A stretch of 64,000 bases of DNA from Chiloscyllium plagiosum (Eukaryota): NCBI RefSeq assembly GCF_004010195.1, contig NC_057757.1, forward strand, positions 9,915,768 through 9,979,767. Reading direction: 5' to 3'. The position numbers and the translations under genes were made by a program. Below are positions 13,001-24,147 of the stretch, piece by piece; the first letter of the stretch is position 1; every line of letters starts with the position of its first letter. The notes beneath the pieces are model-generated. The model ran no database searches, was not told where the DNA came from, and saw nothing but the letters and a program-made list of their open reading frames with translations.

Positions 13001-13267
13001 AATTTCCTTTAAGGAAGGGAATCTGCTATCCTTGCCTGGTCTGGCCTATATGTGAGTCCAAACCTACAGCAGTTGGCTCTTAATAGCTCACTGAAAATGG
13101 TCTGGTAAGCACCTCAATTTGATTAGGAGCAGGCAAACATTTTTGTTAGTTTCAACAGTGATGCACACACCCCATTAATGAATAACAATAAAAGGAGCAC
13201 TTCTCAAGTATGACTTAAATGGAGAACACTGCTGATTCCTGAGGTGCAGAGTGCTTTAGAGAGTTTT

Positions 13268-13445
13268 AAAGTCAAAAGTCACACAACATCAGGTTATAAT
13301 CCAACAGGTGTATTTGAAATCATAAGCCTTCTGAGCGCTGCTCCTTCATCAGAAATCTTGTGATTTCAAACAAACCTGTTGAACTGTAATCTGGTGACTT
13401 GTGACTTTGTCCATCCCAGTCCAACCCTGAAGTTTCCACATCATC
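13268..13445 (+). mobile_element. Penelope-derived hairpin element (family B) with a degenerate minus-strand hammerhead
   Basis: Inverted arms with the tail GTCCATCCCAGTCCAAC on the right. The minus strand reads CTGATGAAGGAGCAGCGCTCAGAAGGCTT. Confidence 0.75.
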
Positions 13446-13512
13446 GATGTTTTAGTGTCTGCATCACAAAACATTAACACGCGTGTAAAGCATGTTATTG
13501 AGAAGGCCATTG

Positions 13513-13844
13513 GATTAGATTAGATTACTTTAGATTACTTCCAGTGTGGAAACAGGCCCTTCGGCCCAACAAGTCCACACCGACCCGCCGAAGCGTAATC
13601 CACCCAGACCCATTCCCCTACATTTACCCCTTCACCTAACACTACGGGCAATTTAGCGTGGCCAATTCACCTAACCTGCACATTTTTTGGATTGTGGGAG
13701 GAAACCGGAGCACCCGGAGGAAACCCATGCAGACTCTGGGAGAATGTGCAAACTCCACACAGAGAGTCGCCTGAGTCGGGAATTGAACCTGGGTCTCTGG
13801 CGCTGTGAGGCAGCAGTGCTAACCACTGTGCCACCGTGTTGCCC
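13513..13844 (-). mobile_element. HE1-type V-SINE, full length
   Basis: Minus strand has a tRNA-like head with A box TGGCACAGTGG and B box GTTCAATTCC, the V domain, and a (TAATC)n tail shared with CR1 3' ends. Confidence 0.95.
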
Positions 13845-13992
13845 ACTTTTTTTTGTATATTTTTTTTTCCTCCCCGGGGTCTCCCCGCCCCCGCCTCCGC
13901 CTCCGCCTCCACCTCCACCTCCGCCTCCCGGCCCGAGCCGCCGTTTTCGGTTGACCGAGCCCGCTGCTGTCGGCTGCCGCCCGAGTGCCATG
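13845..13992. other. CpG-rich segment with a (CCTCCG/A)n run abutting the SINE head
   Basis: Many intact CpGs in an otherwise CpG-depleted window. An A/T tract at 13847-13868 joins it to the SINE. Confidence 0.7.
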
Positions 13993-14529
13993 CCCTGAGC
14001 TATCCCTTATTAGGAGTGAAACAAACCTAAGAGGAACAACATTATTTTTCCATTATACAGGGCATTGTTGAAACGATGTCATGAATATGATGAGCAGTTT
14101 TGGTCTCCTTATTGAAGGAAGAATGTAGGCAGGTTGGGAAAGGGTCAATGTACAGGAAATGTTAACTCTGTCGTGCTACTAGACCTGCTGAATTTCTCCA
14201 GCAATTTCTGTTTCTGTGTGTTTCAGATCTGCAGAAGTTCTTTGTTTTCTATCACGAGGTTGGTGCTTAGAATGAATAGCTTTTCTCGTGATGATAGGTT
14301 GGGCTTATTTCCACTAGAGGTTAGAAGAGTGAGGGGTGACTTGATTGAAGTGGATACAATCCTGAATAGAATGGACCAGGTGGATGTTTCATCTTGTGAG
14401 TTCATCCAGAATCAGGGAGCACTGTTTTAAAATTAGGGGTAGCCACTTTAGAGCTGAGATTAGGAGATTCCGTTGTTTCAGAGAGTTTTGTGATTTTAGA
14501 ATACTATTCCCCATAAAGCCAATGGAAAG

Positions 14530-15590
14530 TGAGTCATAGAGTGGTAGAGTCTTGGAACTGTACAGCACAGAAACAGACCCTTCGGTCCAACACATCCATG
14601 CTGACCAGATAACCTAAACTAATCTAGTCCTATTTGTCAGCATTTGGCTGATATCCCTCATGTACCCATCCAGATGCCTTTTAAATGTTGTAATTGTACC
14701 CACTTCCACCATTTTCTCTGGCAGCTCATTCCATGCACGCACTACCCTTTGCATGCAAATGTTGCCCCATAGGTACCTTGCAAATCTTTCCCCTCTCACC
14801 TTAAACCTATACCCTCTAGTTTTGGCCTCTCCTACCATGGAAAAAAGACCTTGTTCTTTCATCCTATCAATGTCCCCTCATGATTTTATAAACCTAGATA
14901 AGTTCACTCCTTGGTCTCTGTTGCTCCGGGAAAATAGCTCCAACCTATTCAGCCTCTCTTTATAACTGAAACCATCTAATACTAGGAACATCATTGTAAA
15001 TCTTTTCTGCATCCTCTCAAGTTTAACAACATTGTTCCAAAGCAGGGAGACCCGAATTGAATGCAGTATTCCAAAAGTGGCCTAACTAATGTCCAGTGCA
15101 GATTAGAGTGGTGCTGGAAAAGCCTTTGTAGAGAGAGGAGGATAACTTCTTCAAGGTAGGCATCCTTGGAAGAGGATTTGCACTAAGGTTAAAATCAGCT
15201 AGGCGAAAGTGCTTTTCCAGCACCACTCTAATCTTGTCTCTAATGTCCAGCGTATGCAGTACTCACTTTTGCCAATGTCCAGTACAGCCACAACATGTCC
15301 TCCTAACTTCTACACTCAATACATTGATCAATACAAGCAAGTGTACCAAACACCTTCTTCATTCTGTCTATTTGTGACTCTACTTTCAAGGAATTATGCA
15401 TTTGCACCTCAAGATCTCTTTGTAAAGCAACACTCCCCAGGACCCTACTATTAGGTGTTTACATCCTGCCCTGATTTACCTTTCCAAAATGCAACACATC
15501 ACGTTTAACTAAATTAAACTTCATCTGCCATTCCTTGGTCCATTGGCCCATCCAATCAAAGTCCCATTGTGCTCTGAGGTAATGTTCTTC
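14530..15590 (-). mobile_element. CR1 3' fragment
   Basis: TRGYRFKVRGERF and WQMKFNLVK ORF2 remnants. Confidence 0.9.
15102..15273 (+). mobile_element. Penelope-derived mini element (family A)
   Basis: Inverted arms GATTAGAGTGGTGCTGGAAAAGC and GCTTTTCCAGCACCACTCTAATC plus a tail. TSD AATGTCCAGT(G/A)CAG at 15088-15101 and 15274-15287. Confidence 0.8.
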
Positions 15591-15819
15591 ACTAGGGTCA
15601 TAAGATAGTGGGAGATGGATTCTCCAGAGAGAAAGCACTGTTAACATTTTAGATCCAGTGACCCTTCAGAAAGAATCTGTTTTCCCAGCATTTTCTGATT
15701 TTCAGCATCTGTCGTTCTTTGGAAGCTAGGTCCTTGTTCGTCAGGGAAATCAAAGATAACCAGGGTTAGATGGGAATGTGGAATTCGCAACATAAATAGA
15801 TTAGTCATGATTTTATTGT

Positions 15820-16015
15820 TAGAAGTTACATGACACTACGTTATAGTCCAACAGGTTTATATGAAATCTCAAGCTTTCAGAGCTTAGGGACTTCACCTGA
15901 CGAGGGAGCAATGTTCTGAAAGCTTGTGATTTCAAATAAACCTGTTGAACTATAACTTGATATTATGTGTCTTCTGACTTTGTCCACCCCAGTCCAAAAC
16001 CGGCACCTCCACGCC
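15820..16015 (+). mobile_element. Penelope-derived hairpin element (family B)
   Basis: Inverted arms and a tail, flanked by the imperfect repeat CATGATTTTATTG / CATAGTTTTATTG. Confidence 0.8.
15893..15929 (+). ncRNA. Minimal type I hammerhead ribozyme motif
   Basis: TCAC-CTGACGA-G-GGAGC AAT GTTCT-GAAA-GCTT-GTGA. Stem I TCAC/GTGA is perfect, the core is intact, and stem III is the palindrome AAGCTT. Confidence 0.7.
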
Positions 16016-16299
16016 ATAGTTTTATTGAATGGCTGAGATGACTAATGGGACTGAATTGTGTAATTTTTACATATGAGTCATTCGATGGTCATGAAAAGCA
16101 TTATATAAATGTAAGTCCAACTTATTTTCATTTTTTGTCAATTCAATAAGATCCTTTGGGGTGGCTGATATCTTGCAACTCAGTTCAGGTCACTGGGATG
16201 GGGGTGGGAATTGAGCCGAATCCCAGCCTCAGCCACATCACCATGCCTCAGCCTCAGACACACTATTCCCACTCAGTGATAAGCTGAGACTGAACAATT

Positions 16300-17048
16300 A
16301 TGGTAAGGTAATGGTAAGGCCACACCTGGAGTATTGTGTCCAGGTTTGGTCTCCTTACTTGAGGAAGTTAAAAATCACACAACACCAGGTTATAGTCCAA
16401 CAGGTTAAAGGAGCAGTGCTCTAAAAGCTAGTGCTTCCAATTAAACCTGTTGGTCTATAAGCTGGTGTTGTGTGGTTTTTAACTTTGTGTACCACAGACT
16501 AAAACACACACATCTCCAAATAATTACTTGAGGAAGGATGTGATGGCACTGGAGCCAGTTCAGAGGAGGGTCACCGGGTTGATTCCAGGCATGAAAGGGC
16601 TGACAAACAAGGAGCGATGAATATCTTGGGCTCGCACTTGCTGGTGGGCGTGGGGAATCTGATTGAAGCAGATAAAACGCTCAAGGGGATTGATAAGGTG
16701 GATGTTGAACAGATCTTCTTCCTCATGGGACAGTCTCGAATAGGAGGACCTCGATACAGAGCAAGGGGAGATAGGTTCAAAACTGAGGTGAGGAGAAACG
16801 GCTTCTTTCAGAGGGTGGTGAATCTGTGGAACTCACTGCCCAAGAGTGCAGTGGAGGCAGAATCAATTAATCAAGATTTAAGAAAGAAATAGATATGTTT
16901 CTGATGAAAAGCAGGATAAAAGGGATATGGAGAGGAGGCAGGAAAGTGGAGTTGAGATCAGGATAGGATCAGCCATGATCATGATAAATGGTGGAGTGGG
17001 CTCAAAGTGCTGAATTGACTACTCCCGCTGTTAGTTCCTATGTTCCTA
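16300..17048 (+). mobile_element. CR1 3' fragment
   Basis: [12 protein letters not shown] and FFQRVVNLWNSLP remnants, with a 3' UTR ending TTCCTATGTTCCTAT. Confidence 0.9.
16368..16523 (+). mobile_element. Penelope-derived hairpin element (family B)
   Basis: Inverted arms and a 13-bp TSD TTACTTGAGGAAG at 16355-16367 and 16524-16536. Confidence 0.85.
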
Positions 17049-17684
17049 TTTGTGTCTGGGGGTAAAAACGCTCTTGCTAAACAGAACCTACAGTGTGTTC
17101 ATTGACTGTGTGAACTCCAACATCTGTGAGCTCCCATTCACTGACTGCACAGTGTTTTCATATTTACTGGGTAGGAAGGAGCTTTCACCTGTGCTTCTGG
17201 GAGGAGGCCTGTGCACATAAAGAGACCTCTTTCATAACTGTTTGGAAAAATGCAACAGAATGCTCCCGACATCGAAAAGACTGAGCTGCACTTCTCATGT
17301 AATTCTTCCACATTTCTGCCCACAGGACCCGATCAGATTCCTTCCATCAAGTCAAATAAGTTGGAGTTAGCTGCTAACATACAATAAACAAAAACGTGGC
17401 TAAGACAAGAGTGTCTTTTTGTTAGATTACCACATACTTTTCACCTATCACAGAGGCCCTGCTAGATCACTCCAAGGAAAGAGCAAATCCACTTGATGGA
17501 TCTTACACAGAGACAAGTTGTGGTGAGGATCTAGCTTACAACAATGGCCAAAGAGAACTGAATAGAGGACAGAAGAAAATAACTTGCAGCGATAAAGTTC
17601 TAATGTTCTAAGGCTGCCCCAAAACACTTTGGAGCTAATTAAATGCTTTTCTCGTGTAATCACCAGTTTTGTTGGCAAACATAA

Positions 17685-18040
17685 AAAATATAGTTACAAA
17701 GCACTTTTCATGACTGCTGGCTGTCTCTCAGCACTTTACTGCCAACAAAGTGCTTTCTTTTTGAAGAGCATTGCAGTAAACACTAATTTACATTGAGCAA
17801 ACTCTCGCCATCAGCACTGTGATTTTTTTTTGTAATTTTAATTGAAGGAGAAATATTGGGCAGGGCACTGGGGATAACCTCCTTGTTCTTCTTTGAAATG
17901 ATGTCACATGATCCACCTGAACCAGCAGATGGCCCTCTGTTCAGTGCCTCACTCAAAGCATGGCATCTCTGACACTGTAGCACACACTCAGTATTGCAAT
18001 GGAGTGCCAGGGTGGACTTTGGGCTTCAGTCTTGGAATTC
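17685..18040 (-). mobile_element. DeuSINE-type (SacSINE1/AmnSINE1-like) ancient SINE
   Basis: The minus strand resembles the Deu domain as recalled: ACTGAG..TGCTACAGTGTCAGAGATGCC...GAAGAACAAGGAGGTTATCCCAGTGCCCTGCCCAATATT. Confidence 0.65.
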
Positions 18041-18284
18041 AGGGACAAGTTTGCCAATACAGAAGCAACCGAGACAAAGAAAGCAGTTAATTTGCACACA
18101 GTTATCTCATTAGTCAATTTTTTATTCCCAGCTATGGAATATTAATAGAACATACTATTTCAAGTAATCCTAATTGGAAATCTCTTAGCAACCTAAAGAT
18201 GTAGATTGGGCACCTATTTAATACCTTATCTGTAGAATGGTACTGTTCAATATGCGACAGTCCCTCAGTACTCCATGATGTGCA

Positions 18285-18480
18285 ATGATATGGCGGTGCT
18301 GGTGTTAGACTGGGGTGGACATAGTGAAAAGTCAAACAACATCAGTTATAGTCCAACAGGTTTATTTAAAATCACGAGCTTCAGGTGAAGTGACTTCACC
18401 TGGTGAAGGAGCAGCACTCCAAAAGCTTGTAATTTTGAATAAACTTATTGGACTATCACCTGGTGTCATGTGACTTCTGT
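18285..18480 (-). mobile_element. Penelope-derived hairpin element (family B), older copy
   Basis: Inverted arms with the tail on the left, and a decayed core CTGGTGAAGGAGCAGCACTCCAAAAGCTTG. Confidence 0.75.
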
Positions 18481-19074
18481 CATGGATTTGCCAGCCTCAC
18501 CATCACAGCTCAACTGCACAATAGCTGAACTCAATTAGGGCTGGAACATATGAAAGCTGGACTGTGTAATAGCTGGAGGATATTATAGATGACCGTATTA
18601 TATCTATATCGTGTTATATCTGGACCATGTTATAGCTTTACTACATTATGTCTGGAATCTTATAACTGGACTGTGTAATAGCTAGCTGCATTGTGTTGTG
18701 TTTGTGCTCTTGCCTGTTGGATTTCTCTGCCAGCTAGTTTTCTTTTTCTCTGGGTGATTTCTGCATCGGTTATAATTGTGACTGACAGACGTAATCACTG
18801 GAAAGCCATCAATGTGGCACTAGGAGACACAAGATCAGCAGGGAGTGTCAAACACAGGACATGGCTCAGAGCCTGTGTTAATTGGAAGACTGGCATCTTG
18901 TCAGCCAGTTCACTTCATTGACAATTATACCACACCAACACAATGCCATTGGGGAAGCTTCATATTAATGCTCATTTAATCCGACTGCTTGCCTGACACC
19001 GAGAATGGGTTATTTGCGGTTTGCTCCAGCTAAACATTGGAAAACCCAGTGCAGAAACTTTGAAAGATTTACAA

Positions 19075-20250
19075 TAGAGAAGGAGGCCATTTGGCCCATT
19101 GAGGCTGTGGTGGCTGAGAAAGAATTATCCAGCTATATCCCATCTTCCAGCTCTTGGTGTTTAGTCCAATAGAACTTTGAGTCCAATTGATTTTTAAATA
19201 TCATAGGAGTTTCTGCCTTGACCACCCTTTCAGACAATGGGTTCCAGGTCCCCACACTCTTTGGGTTAAAAAAAGTATCACTGTATGATCCTGCTAATAA
19301 TTCCACCAATATTTTTCATTTATGTCCCTGCCCATTGATCTCAGTGCTAATAGAAAGAGATCCTTCCTATATACTTTACCCAGGCCATCATAATTTGCAC
19401 ATTTTATCCTTAGCTTCCTTTCTTCTAATGAAAACAACCTCAGCCTCTCTGATGTTGCTTACAGCTATCATTTTCTATATATGACAACATCCTAAGTGAT
19501 CTCTTTTGCACTCTTTCTAGTTGCTGTACTACAATGATTTGAACTATACAGAATACTCTAGCTGTTGCTTAACTAGTGTTTCATCCAGCTCCAGTGTAAC
19601 CTCCCTGTTCTTATAATCAAACCTTCAGCCAATCGAGAAGTGTGCCCTTTTGCTTCTTTAGCTACTTATCTGCCTGTCTAGTCACATTCAGGGTTCTGTG
19701 GGCATGCATTCCACTGTCCCTTTTGTCCCCTATAATCTCAGAATCATGTTAAAAATCACACAACACCAGATTTGGAAGCACTAGGTTTTGGAGTGCTGCT
19801 CCTTCATCAGGTAGCTGTGGAACAGGATGATAAGACGCAGAATTTATAACAAAAGATTATAGTGTCATGCAACTGAAACGATATAGTGAATGAACTCAGA
19901 ATGAAACCTGCAACCCATTCTAAAAGATGAAAGACTCAATAGCAATCTAGGTGTGTTTAATATAGTGTTTCAGTTGCATGACACTGTAATCTTTTGCAAT
20001 AAATTCTGTATTTTATGATCTTATTCTCCACAATCACCTGATGAAGGAGCAGCGCTCCAAAAGCTAATGCTTCCAAATAAATCTGTTGGACTATAACCTG
20101 GTGCTGTGTAATTTTTTACATTGTCCATCCCAATCCAATACAGGCTCCTCCACATTTCAGAATCATGGCATTCCTTAGCTTTGTTTGTTACTTGTTTGTA
20201 TCTCCTCACAATTGGACTTGTTCACCTGTTCTATCCTGTTAAAAAGTATT
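19075..20250 (-). mobile_element. Old CR1 fragment hosting the 408-bp PLE palindrome
   Basis: Degenerate CR1 3' UTR and ORF2 sequence on both sides of the insertion. Confidence 0.65.
19749..20156 (+). mobile_element. 408-bp Penelope-derived palindrome with hammerhead motifs on both strands
   Basis: Arms at about 19749-19890 and 19960-20120 are reverse complements. CTGATGAAGGAGCAGC(G/A)CTCC occurs on plus (20038) and on minus (about 19811). 11-bp TSD TCAGAATCATG at 19738-19748 and 20157-20167. Confidence 0.85.
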
Positions 20251-20724
20251 TGAAGTGTCATAGCAATCAAGGCTATAGACCTAGTGCTGGAAAGTAGGAC
20301 TAGTGTTATGTAATAGTATATTTTTGACAACACAGACCTAATGTGCCAAAGAGCTTCTTCTATACTGTATGATTCTAAAGCTCTATATTTCTGTGTTCCC
20401 CAGCTTATGGAACCAGAAATAATCTGGAAATCGCAATCTTTAAAGTCTTACATTTTAATTTCTTTCCGATCCTTTTAACTGAACCCTTCCCCCTCTTTTT
20501 TCCTGGATAACATAGACTACAGCCTCTAGCTATCCAAAATCTGTCTTCAGGCTACTTGGCACTCTATGACTAGGAAGGCAACTTAGAGTCATAGAGTCAT
20601 AGAGATGTACAGCATGGAAACAGACTCTTCGGTNTTTATATCTTTCCCCTCTCACCCTAAACCTATGCCCTCTAGTTCTGGACTCCCCGACTTGTACTCC
20701 AACTTATTGCAGTCATGTCTGTAA

Positions 20725-23110
20725 TTCTGGCAGATGGAGTTTAGTTTAGATAATGGTGAGGAAAGGCAAACCAGGACAGGGCTTAGTTTATGGTAGGAAC
20801 ATGGGGAGTGTTGCTGAACAAAGAGGCCTGGGAGTGCAGGTTCATTGTGTTATGACATGGGGTAACCCGCTCTGCTAATTTAAACCGGCAACACAGAAAA
20901 GATTCAGACTGTGTTGTAATCTGTTACAATTTGAGAAGCAAACAACTATCCCAAAAGTCACTATTTAAAGTAAAAATTAACAACTTTATTCTTTAAGCTG
21001 AACAGAGAATACTAACGAACAATTATTTACAACTCCTTTCTCCTAAACCTATCGTTTACTTCCCTTTCTACAATACTAGTCCATTTAAGATTTACAAAAT
21101 AACTTATTTCAAAACCAGGCAGCTTTCGGTTCTTCTCTGTACTCCTGTCTTCTTTTCTTCTTCTTGGGGATTCTGCTTCACGAGGCTTTGATAGATAAAG
21201 TACCTTTCAGAGAGCAGCTCTTTCTGCTCTTTTTGCCGCTCTAGCTAACTGTTCAAAATGTCTGATATCCAAAACATCGGATCATTTAATTGGTTTTATG
21301 TCATCCAAAATAGTAAGATTCAAATTTGATTGGATGTTTGTATTTGGAGCATAATTTAAACTTGATTGGCCAAATTTTGAATGTGCTTTTGTATCTTGGC
21401 AACACATCACCAGGATTGTGTTTCAACCCAAATGCTACATTTTTAAAAGTTCAGCACACTTTGTGCTAGCCAGAAATTTCAGCTCCCTTAAAGTTACAGT
21501 ACACTCACAACTTCATAACAATAGTTCTTTGAAACTAGAGTTACAGCTTGACAAGGTAGTGAAGAAGGCATTTGGCATGCTTGCCTTTGTTAGTCAGTGC
21601 ATTGAATATAAGAGTTGGGGCATTGTATCGCAGCTGTACAGGACATTGGAATGCTGAATTCAATTCTGGTCTCCCTGCCATAAGAAAGATGCTGTTAAAC
21701 TTGAAAGGGTTCAGAAAAGATTTACATGGATGTTGTCAGGGTTGGAGGTTTTGAGTTATAAGGAGAGGCTGAATAGATTCAGGCTATTTTCCCTGGAGCA
21801 TCAGAGGCTGAGGGGTAACCTTATTGAGTAGTATAAAATCGTGACGGGCATGGATAGGGTAAATAGAGAAGGTCTTTTTCTTGGGGCAAGGGAATCTAAA
21901 AGTAGAGGACATAGGTTCAGGGTGAGAGGGGAAAGATTTAAAAGGGATCTAATGAGCAACGTTTTTATGCAGAGGGAGGTGCGTGTATGGAATGAGCTGC
22001 CAGAAGAAGTGGGTGCAATTACAATATTTAACACAGAACATAGAATGGCACTGCACAGTACATGCCCTTCGGCCCTTGATGTTGTACCGGTGTTTTATCT
22101 TACTCTTAAGCTCAAACTAATCGACATACCCTTCATGTTACTATCATCCACGTGCCTATCCAAGAGCAGCTTAAATGGCCCGAATGTATCTGACTCTACT
22201 ACCATTACTGGCAGTGTATTCCACACACCCACCCACACACCCACCACTCTCTGTGTAAAGAACCTATCTCTGACATCTCCCCTAAACCTTCCTGGAATCA
22301 ATTTAAAATTATGTCCCCTTGTGATGGCCATTTCTGCCCAGGGAAAAAGTCTCTGGCTATCCACTCTCTGCATTCCTCTCATCATCTTGTACACCTCTAT
22401 CAAGTCACCTTTCATCCTTCTTATCTCCAATGTGAAAAGCGCTAGCTCCCTCAACCTTTCTTCATAAGACATGCCCTCCAGTCCAGGTAGAATACTGGTA
22501 AATCTTCTCTGAACCCTCTCTAAAGCTTCCAATCCCTCTTATAATTAGGCAACCAGAATGGATCACAATGTTCCAAGTGTGGTCTAACCAGAGCTCTATT
22601 GAGCTGCAGCATAACCTCACAGCTCTTAAACTCAATTTAAATGGCATCTGGATGGATAAATAGAACAAAGGACAAAGAAAATTTACAGCCCAGGGACAGG
22701 CCCTTCAGCCCTCCAAGCCTCAGCCGATCAAAATGTACTATCTAAACCTGTCAGTCAATTCCTAAGCATCTGTATCCCTCTGCTCCACACCTACTCATGC
22801 ATCTGTCCAGACGCATCTCAAATGAATCTACCTAATGAAAAGAAAGGATTTAAAGGGACTGAAAACAAGTTTTGATGAAGGGTTGTCTAGATTTGAATGT
22901 TAGCTTGCTTTCTCTGCACAGATGCTGTCATGACCCTCTGTGATTTCCAGCACTTTTTTGTTTTCAATACAGATACCAGCCTCTTCGGCAATTTGCTTTT
23001 ATAGGGTTTAGAGGCCAAATGCTGACAAGTGGCACTAGATTAATTTAGGCTATGTGGTCGGCATAGAGAAGCTGGACTGAAAGTTCTGTTTCCATGCTGT
23101 CCAATACTAT
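20725..23110 (+). mobile_element. CR1 fragment carrying a solo LTR and two oppositely oriented CR1 insertions (about 22035-22635 and 22662-22830)
   Basis: Collinear plus-strand ORF2 C-terminus. The minus-strand ORF 22095..22532 reads LERVQRRFTSILPGL..WNTLP. Confidence 0.85.
20848..21520 (-). mobile_element. Probable solo LTR (Ty3/gypsy-like)
   Basis: Termini TGTTATGA...TCATAACA form an 8-bp inverted repeat with TG..CA ends. The flanks ATTG/ATAG are a 4-bp TSD with one mismatch. It cleanly interrupts CR1 and has AATAAA on the minus strand. Confidence 0.75.
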
Positions 23111-23696
23111 GACAGTATAACTGATGGATATCCTGTCACTGTCACTTTTGTTGGCTTCCTCTTCTCCCAGTTTCCTGTGACAGTTCCACAGTTGAGGCAC
23201 CCATGGTGCTGTTAACTTGTTTACAATTATATTCCCCAGGCAAATAGCCATCCTGCCAGTCGTCAGATCTGGATTCCCACTTTGAAAGCAATGTGTGTTT
23301 GGGGGACTCTTGTGCTATCTATCTGGTGCTGCCTGACTGTCACAACATCACAGTCCACCTACACATGCTAAAGCTGTGAGGTGACCACCTCAAAAGAAAA
23401 AGTGCTATCTATATATCTCTCAGCCTCATGAATACACCAAGGGGACTATAGCTGCTCAAGCCCTGAACCCCAGCTCCCTCAGCTGAGAGTACTTACTGCA
23501 CGTGTATTTATCTAGAGTGCATGAGGTATTCTGAAGTTCCCATGTGGAACATATTGTGTTTTCCACAAAGGTTAGGTGCATTTCCTAGGGCCTTGACAGC
23601 TAGGGGCATAGCCACTGATATTGTAATGATTAAAATTCTCAAAGCATATAGATCTCAGGAGCTTGTAAGCCCAGAGGGGATCACAGAGACGAAGAA

Positions 23697-23933
23697 GACT
23701 GATTGTGTGGAGTTTGCACATTCTCTCTGTGTCTGCGTGGGTTTCCTCCAGGTGCTCCGGTTTCCTCCCACAGTCCAAAAATGTGCGGGTTAGGTGAATT
23801 GGCCATGCTAAATTGCCCATAGTGTTAGGTGCAGGGATAAATGTAGGGGAGTGGGTCTGGGTGGGTGTGCTTCGGCTGGTCGGTGTGGACATGATGGGCC
23901 AAAGGGCCTGTTTCCACACTGTAAGTAATCTAA
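23697..23933 (+). mobile_element. HE1-type V-SINE, 5' truncated
   Basis: V domain and tail ACACTGTAAGTAATCTAA. Confidence 0.9.
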
Positions 23934-24147
23934 GAGTGTGATGAGTGTGTGCGATAGGGTATGGTCTGTACAGTGGAGTTTTGAATGAGCTCAAGATTGT
24001 AAGGAGTAAAACAAGGGAGACTGACTAATAAAATATTAGAATAGTGAAGTCTAGAAGTAGCAAAGACATGAATGAGAGTTCAGAAGGAGTAGGCCAATAC
24101 TATAGAGGTAGATATCAGCTGTCATAATGCTTGTGGGACAATATATT

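Noticed and set aside
13667..14030. ORFs with poly-Gly or poly-Pro tracts
   Set aside because: They arise from a hexamer GC repeat read through into SINE sequence, and there is no coding or splice support.
7168..20156. Recurrent palindromic repeats as a CRISPR array or DNA-transposon MITEs
   Set aside because: They are dispersed rather than regularly spaced, and the DNA is eukaryotic. Variable 11-17 bp TSDs, asymmetric tails and hammerhead cores fit Penelope retroelements instead.
20585..20690. CR1 fragment with an apparent deletion at the single N (20634)
   Set aside because: The N probably marks an assembly join, so the junction cannot be treated as biological.
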